A DNA stretch of 36,585 bases from Candidatus Marsarchaeota archaeon (GTDB lineage Archaea > Micrarchaeota > Micrarchaeia > Micrarchaeales > Micrarchaeaceae). The translations under genes were made by a program, and so were the position numbers. The stretch spans positions 3,210-39,794 of the forward strand of contig JAMCZM010000016.1 in assembly GCA_023485645.1 (NCBI GenBank), in the 5' to 3' direction. Numbering within the stretch: the first letter of the stretch is position 1; every line of letters starts with the position of its first letter. Shown here piece by piece: positions 33,334 to 36,585 of this stretch. Under the pieces are notes generated by a model. It saw only the letters and a list, made by a program, of their open reading frames with translations. It ran no database searches and was not told where the DNA came from.

Positions 33334-34952
33334 TCAGCTGACTCTTTAAAATCTGTTTCCCTCTCAATATCCTCTTCAGTTGCATTTTGCGTTTTATTAT
33401 CATTTACATTACTTTCAAGCGAATAATGTTTAGCAACAATTTTTTCAAGTGTGCTGCGTATTTCGTCTGGTTTTTTACCAGTTAGTGAGGCAAGATCTTT
33501 TGATAATTGCCCAGTGTACCTCATTATTGTTTTGTATTTGTTTGCATACATACTTAATTTTTCTTTATTGTGTATAAAATGTTGCAATCCGCGTGCAGCA
33601 TCCATAACGGCAAGTTTTATTTCTTCTATAATCTCTTCCTCTTGCGACACAGATTCTTTTCCAACTCCAGAATATGGTATGTGAACAGAAGATATATTTA
33701 CGAAAACGCTAACGGGTTGCACATCCATGTCTATATTATATCGTTTCCATTGTATACTCCTAACAGCCTCCGTAATAGCACAATTTCCGCTGTCAAAGAG
33801 CAATGGGACCCTATTTGCAAATCTTAATATGTTACCTGTATAACCCTCCTCAAGCTGTTTTCCTGCGTTGCCCCCATATGCTATTGCAGCCTCTACAATA
33901 AAAGGAAAGCCACCTTTGAAAACCTTTGGCTTTCTTTCTATCACGTGCATAAATTCTGGGTTTAATATATTCTTTAAAGTCAATTCTATCTGTGCATGCC
34001 CTATAGGTATTATATGGGCTGTCTCGGGCGATATCCATTTCATTTTTTTAAATGCATCTACTATCATTTCCGATTCATTCCATTGCAGTTCTTTTGGCTT
34101 TTTTGAAATATTAATATTTGGCAACAGCTCCTTTAATTCATTTACTTTACCCTGGCTAAACCTTGAAAAATTATTAGATAGAAATGTAGATATCATATCC
34201 TCCTTTGAAGAATGTGCCTCCTCAAGCAGATCATTTACTGATAACCCTAAAGGATGTAATTTTGCAGCTTTTGGCTTTTCAGGGATTTTATCAACTGATC
34301 TAAGGAATGAGAACTCCTTTCCGTCCGGGTCTATAAATACTATTTGAGCATGTGGATTGGATAATGCGGTTCTCTTTAAATATTCTAAAACGCTATGATC
34401 GCTAGTGTCATATTTTACCATTGCAAATTCTCCTTCTATTGTAAGTCCGCGTGGAATATCCTTTAAATCAATTATATCGTTAATGATGGGTTTATTATGC
34501 ATTGTATCTATACCAATGCTACATGAAAATGCCCTGCCATTTTCCAATCCCGATATTGCACGAATAGGTTTGCCCGTTGTTGTTTGTGCGAAGAGCGTGC
34601 ACCCAGCCGCTCCAATGCCTTGCTGCCCTCTTTGTTGTACATTTCTGTGGAATTTTGTACCGGCAAGTATCATAGCAAGAGCTTTTCCGATAATTTGTTT
34701 TGGTATACCTGGCCCATTGTCTGATATTATAACAATATACTTATTATCCCCGGCCCTATTTAGTTTTACAGATATATTTGGTAGTATTTCAGCATCCTCA
34801 CATGCATCAAGAGAATTTGTAACATACTCGTGCACAACTGTTACAAGCGATTTTATCATACTTGAATATCCTAACATCTGCCTGTTCTTTTTGAAGAATT
34901 CCGATATCGAATGTTCTTTAAATTCTTTTACAATATTCTCTGAAGAATCCAT
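33330..34952 (-). CDS. top6B: DNA topoisomerase VI subunit B
   Basis: Bergerat-fold motifs are present: HEYVTNSLDACE (N box), DNGPGIP (G1) and GQQGIGAAG (G2-like). The length is about 540 aa. The ATG at 34952 is preferred to the TTG at 34961. Its stop overlaps the stop of the convergent + strand gene. Confidence 0.9.
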   Translation of the reverse strand: MDSSENIVKEFKEHSISEFFKKNRQMLGYSSMIKSLVTVVHEYVTNSLDACEDAEILPNISVKLNRAGDNKYIVIISDNGPGIPKQIIGKALAMILAGTKFHRNVQQRGQQGIGAAGCTLFAQTTTGKPIRAISGLENGRAFSCSIGIDTMHNKPIINDIIDLKDIPRGLTIEGEFAMVKYDTSDHSVLEYLKRTALSNPHAQIVFIDPDGKEFSFLRSVDKIPEKPKAAKLHPLGLSVNDLLEEAHSSKEDMISTFLSNNFSRFSQGKVNELKELLPNINISKKPKELQWNESEMIVDAFKKMKWISPETAHIIPIGHAQIELTLKNILNPEFMHVIERKPKVFKGGFPFIVEAAIAYGGNAGKQLEEGYTGNILRFANRVPLLFDSGNCAITEAVRSIQWKRYNIDMDVQPVSVFVNISSVHIPYSGVGKESVSQEEEIIEEIKLAVMDAARGLQHFIHNKEKLSMYANKYKTIMRYTGQLSKDLASLTGKKPDEIRSTLEKIVAKHYSLESNVNDNKTQNATEEDIERETDFKESAD

Positions 34953-34990
34953 ACTAATCAACTAAAATACCACTTCATATCAAAAAGAAA

Positions 34991-35518
34991 CTATTTGAAT
35001 ATGTGTGTATAATCTTTGTGTTTTCTGTGGCTGGCCTCCATTCTCTGATATGCAAGCTTATGACTTCCACCCTCAACTAATGTTCTTACTGCTGTTTCGG
35101 CCTCATTTATTTGCTCGATCATGCCTATAAAGCCTATTGTGTGTCCATATATGCTTAAATGCGCTCCACTGACGCTTTCAATATATAATTTTGTTCTTCC
35201 GTTTTCTCCAATAACTCTTGATTTTATCTGCTGCAATCTACTGCTATTACCAAATATCTGCCTTAAATCTATATATGAAAAATAATAATCATCACTGAGT
35301 AAAAGCAGAGCAATTTGCACGTCAAAACCCCTGCCAAAAGCCGTAATTATATTTGCCGCAGAAAATTCCATAACTGCATCGTTAGATTCGATAGTGACAA
35401 AATCTTTAGTAGGGCTGATTTCTATTTTAGATTTTGTACGTTTTTCTATCGTACTTACTATCTCTGGCATTTCACGCATTCTTTTTATGCGCTGTGCATT
35501 AATGTATACTTCCTGCAT
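34991..35518 (-). CDS. KH-domain RNA-binding protein (archaeal Dim2/Pno1-like)
   Basis: GxxG-type KH cores are present: VIGENGRTKLYIESVSGAHLSIYG and an N-terminal pseudo-KH. The size of about 175 aa is typical of aDim2p. Confidence 0.6.
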   Translation of the reverse strand: MQEVYINAQRIKRMREMPEIVSTIEKRTKSKIEISPTKDFVTIESNDAVMEFSAANIITAFGRGFDVQIALLLLSDDYYFSYIDLRQIFGNSSRLQQIKSRVIGENGRTKLYIESVSGAHLSIYGHTIGFIGMIEQINEAETAVRTLVEGGSHKLAYQRMEASHRKHKDYTHIFK

Positions 35519-35655
35519 ATTTTCACTTTTTAATAGTTGTTTGATTTTTAATTTTGAATTAGTTCATATAGATTAATATCTATTTAAAAGTATTTTTAAA
35601 TTAAATGAATTGTAATTCCACTAATCCCTATATACTATAACGTAAAATCAAAAGC

Positions 35656-35663
35656 TTTAAATA
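35656..35663 (+). promoter_or_regulatory. Consensus TATA box (TTTAAATA) upstream of the wHTH regulator gene
   Basis: It lies 93 nt upstream of the ATG at 35756. The inverted repeat at 35693-35720 falls around or just downstream of the expected transcription start. Confidence 0.35.
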
Positions 35664-35692
35664 GCTATCTTATTATAATATTTATGATTCAA

Positions 35693-35720
35693 TCATGATT
35701 CATTAAAAGACGAATCATGA
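35693..35720. promoter_or_regulatory. Perfect 9-bp inverted repeat, TCATGATTC-N10-GAATCATGA (operator candidate)
   Basis: This was read directly from the sequence. An additional direct copy of ATGATTC lies at 35684-35690. Confidence 0.45.
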
Positions 35721-35755
35721 ACAAGACATGATAAATAAGTGATTGAGGTTGTTTG

Positions 35756-36307
35756 ATGGCAACAAAAAAAATATTAGAAAAGGAGCTCTATGAAATAAAG
35801 ATGGAGCTAGAGAAACTTGCATCAAAGAACGTTAATAATATAGAACTGTTAAAAGAGAAGCATGCTGCGGAAGATACTAATTCCAATATGCTTGCATTAA
35901 TAAAGTTCATGATGGATGAGAATAAAAAAACAACTATGCTCATGAAGGGAATATCAGATACACTAACTCAGCTCACAAATGAGCTGAAGAGTGACCAATC
36001 TGGCGAGGCGACAGAACTTCAGGAGGGAACAGCAAAAGGCACCCGTGATATAAAGGAGCAGGTTACAGAGCTCCCGATATCTGGGCATGATGCAAAGATA
36101 ATAGAGTATATACAAGTAAAGGGAATGGCATGTGCAGATGACATAAAGCTGCATATGAATTATAAAGGGAGAAATGCTGCATGCGCACGTTTGAACAGTT
36201 TATACAAACGTGGCGTATTGCAAAGATATCAATTGGGCCATAAGGTCTATTATAAATTTGATGCTGGCAAGGCGACTAATACACTTATTATATACCCCCC
36301 GAATTAG
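35756..36307 (+). CDS. Winged-helix transcription regulator with N-terminal coiled coil
   Basis: GAGGT (35745-35749) lies 6 nt upstream of the ATG. The C-terminal segment reads DAKIIEYIQVKGMACADDIKLHMNYKGRNAACARLNSLYKRGVLQRYQLGHKVYY (HTH plus wing). Confidence 0.55.
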   Translation: MATKKILEKELYEIKMELEKLASKNVNNIELLKEKHAAEDTNSNMLALIKFMMDENKKTTMLMKGISDTLTQLTNELKSDQSGEATELQEGTAKGTRDIKEQVTELPISGHDAKIIEYIQVKGMACADDIKLHMNYKGRNAACARLNSLYKRGVLQRYQLGHKVYYKFDAGKATNTLIIYPPN

Positions 36308-36315
36308 ATGGGTTT

Positions 36316-36351
36316 GGGTCCGAAAGGGCCCTCCCCTAATTCATCTTTTTT
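36316..36351 (+). terminator. Short GC hairpin with GAAA loop followed by a T6 tract
   Basis: GGGTCC-GAAA-GGGCCC (36316-36331) forms a 6-bp stem including one G-U pair. TTTTTT follows at 36346-36351, directly after the stop at 36307. Confidence 0.35.
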
Positions 36352-36400
36352 CATACACTATCAATAAATAAGTTTTCTGGCAAAAGATAATGTTGATTGA

Positions 36401-36585
36401 ATGTCTAATTTAACTAATAGTGACAGTGATTTATCATCGTTTATATCAAGTTTGCCTTACACCTATGAGGTCAGTAACAAAAGTGTAAATATAATATCAG
36501 ATTATAATAAATACGAGGGCAAAAATATCTCAATGGCCGGCAGAGTAATAGCTATAAGAAAGGCAGGGAAATTATTGTTTGTAGA
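36401..36585 (+). CDS. lysS: Class IIb aminoacyl-tRNA synthetase N-terminus (Lys-type OB anticodon-binding domain), 3' end cut by the window
   Basis: My own translation from the ATG at 36401 is MSNLTNSDSDLSSFISSLPYTYEVSNKSVNIISDYNKYEGKNISMAGRVIAIRKAGKLLFV. The AGRV..R..GK..F motif matches the start of the OB fold of class II LysRS; Asp/AsnRS usually read GWV there. Confidence 0.45.
   Translation, partial: MSNLTNSDSDLSSFISSLPYTYEVSNKSVNIISDYNKYEGKNISMAGRVIAIRKAGKLLFV

Noticed and set aside
33451-34965. Plus-strand ORFs opposite top6B (33451-33684, 33570-33827, 33868-34347, 34405-34965)
   Set aside because: They are antisense to a gene with clear Bergerat-fold motifs.
36316-36331. GC-rich GAAA-loop hairpin as a possible small structured ncRNA or tRNA fragment
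   Set aside because: It has only a 6-bp stem with one wobble pair and no further conserved structure around it. Its position right after a stop codon and before a T6 tract fits a terminator-associated hairpin better.
1-36585. Search for CRISPR arrays, tRNA/rRNA genes, IS elements and transposases
   Set aside because: I saw no regularly spaced direct repeats outside coding repeats. No intergenic region is long or GC-rich enough for a tRNA or rRNA. No transposase-like ORFs or terminal inverted repeats were recognised.

Overview
This is an AT-rich archaeal chromosomal segment. The archaeal call rests on Topo VI subunit B, an archaeal-type topoisomerase IA, an aDim2-like KH protein and TTTAAATA-type TATA boxes. 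The lineage cannot be fixed from sequence alone; the Asn/Ser/Thr-rich, sequon-dense surface proteins make a Thermoplasmatales-like acidophile my guess only. All family calls come from reading motifs in the supplied translations; no database search was run.

Layout:
- 1-7946: two tandem giant surface glycoproteins that share a C-terminal module.
- 7952-10787 (minus strand): trmI-like methyltransferase and topA.
- 10.8-17.0 kb: an Arn-like glycan-modification cluster. It holds two small 4-TM flippase-like proteins, a radical SAM enzyme, a GT2 polyprenyl-phosphate sugar synthase, a GT-C/ArnT-like transferase and a NodU/CmcH carbamoyltransferase.
- 17.1-33.3 kb: the main item, a 16-ORF tightly packed cluster entirely on the + strand.
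- 33.3-36.6 kb: top6B, a KH protein, a wHTH regulator and the start of a class II (Lys-type) aaRS.

The 17.1-33.3 kb cluster is built around a single VirB4/TrbE/CedB-class ATPase. It also encodes:
- a VirB2-like two-helix pilin candidate;
- a six-member family of paralogous polytopic membrane proteins, one of them split at an A5 run;
- two paralogous TM-hairpin proteins that look like detached VirB4 N-terminal domains;
- several small putative DNA-binding or accessory proteins;
- a large bitopic glycoprotein.

No coupling ATPase, relaxase, integrase, tRNA, rRNA or CRISPR array is visible in the window. I interpret the cluster as a candidate Ced/Ted-like or novel archaeal T4SS-related translocation apparatus.
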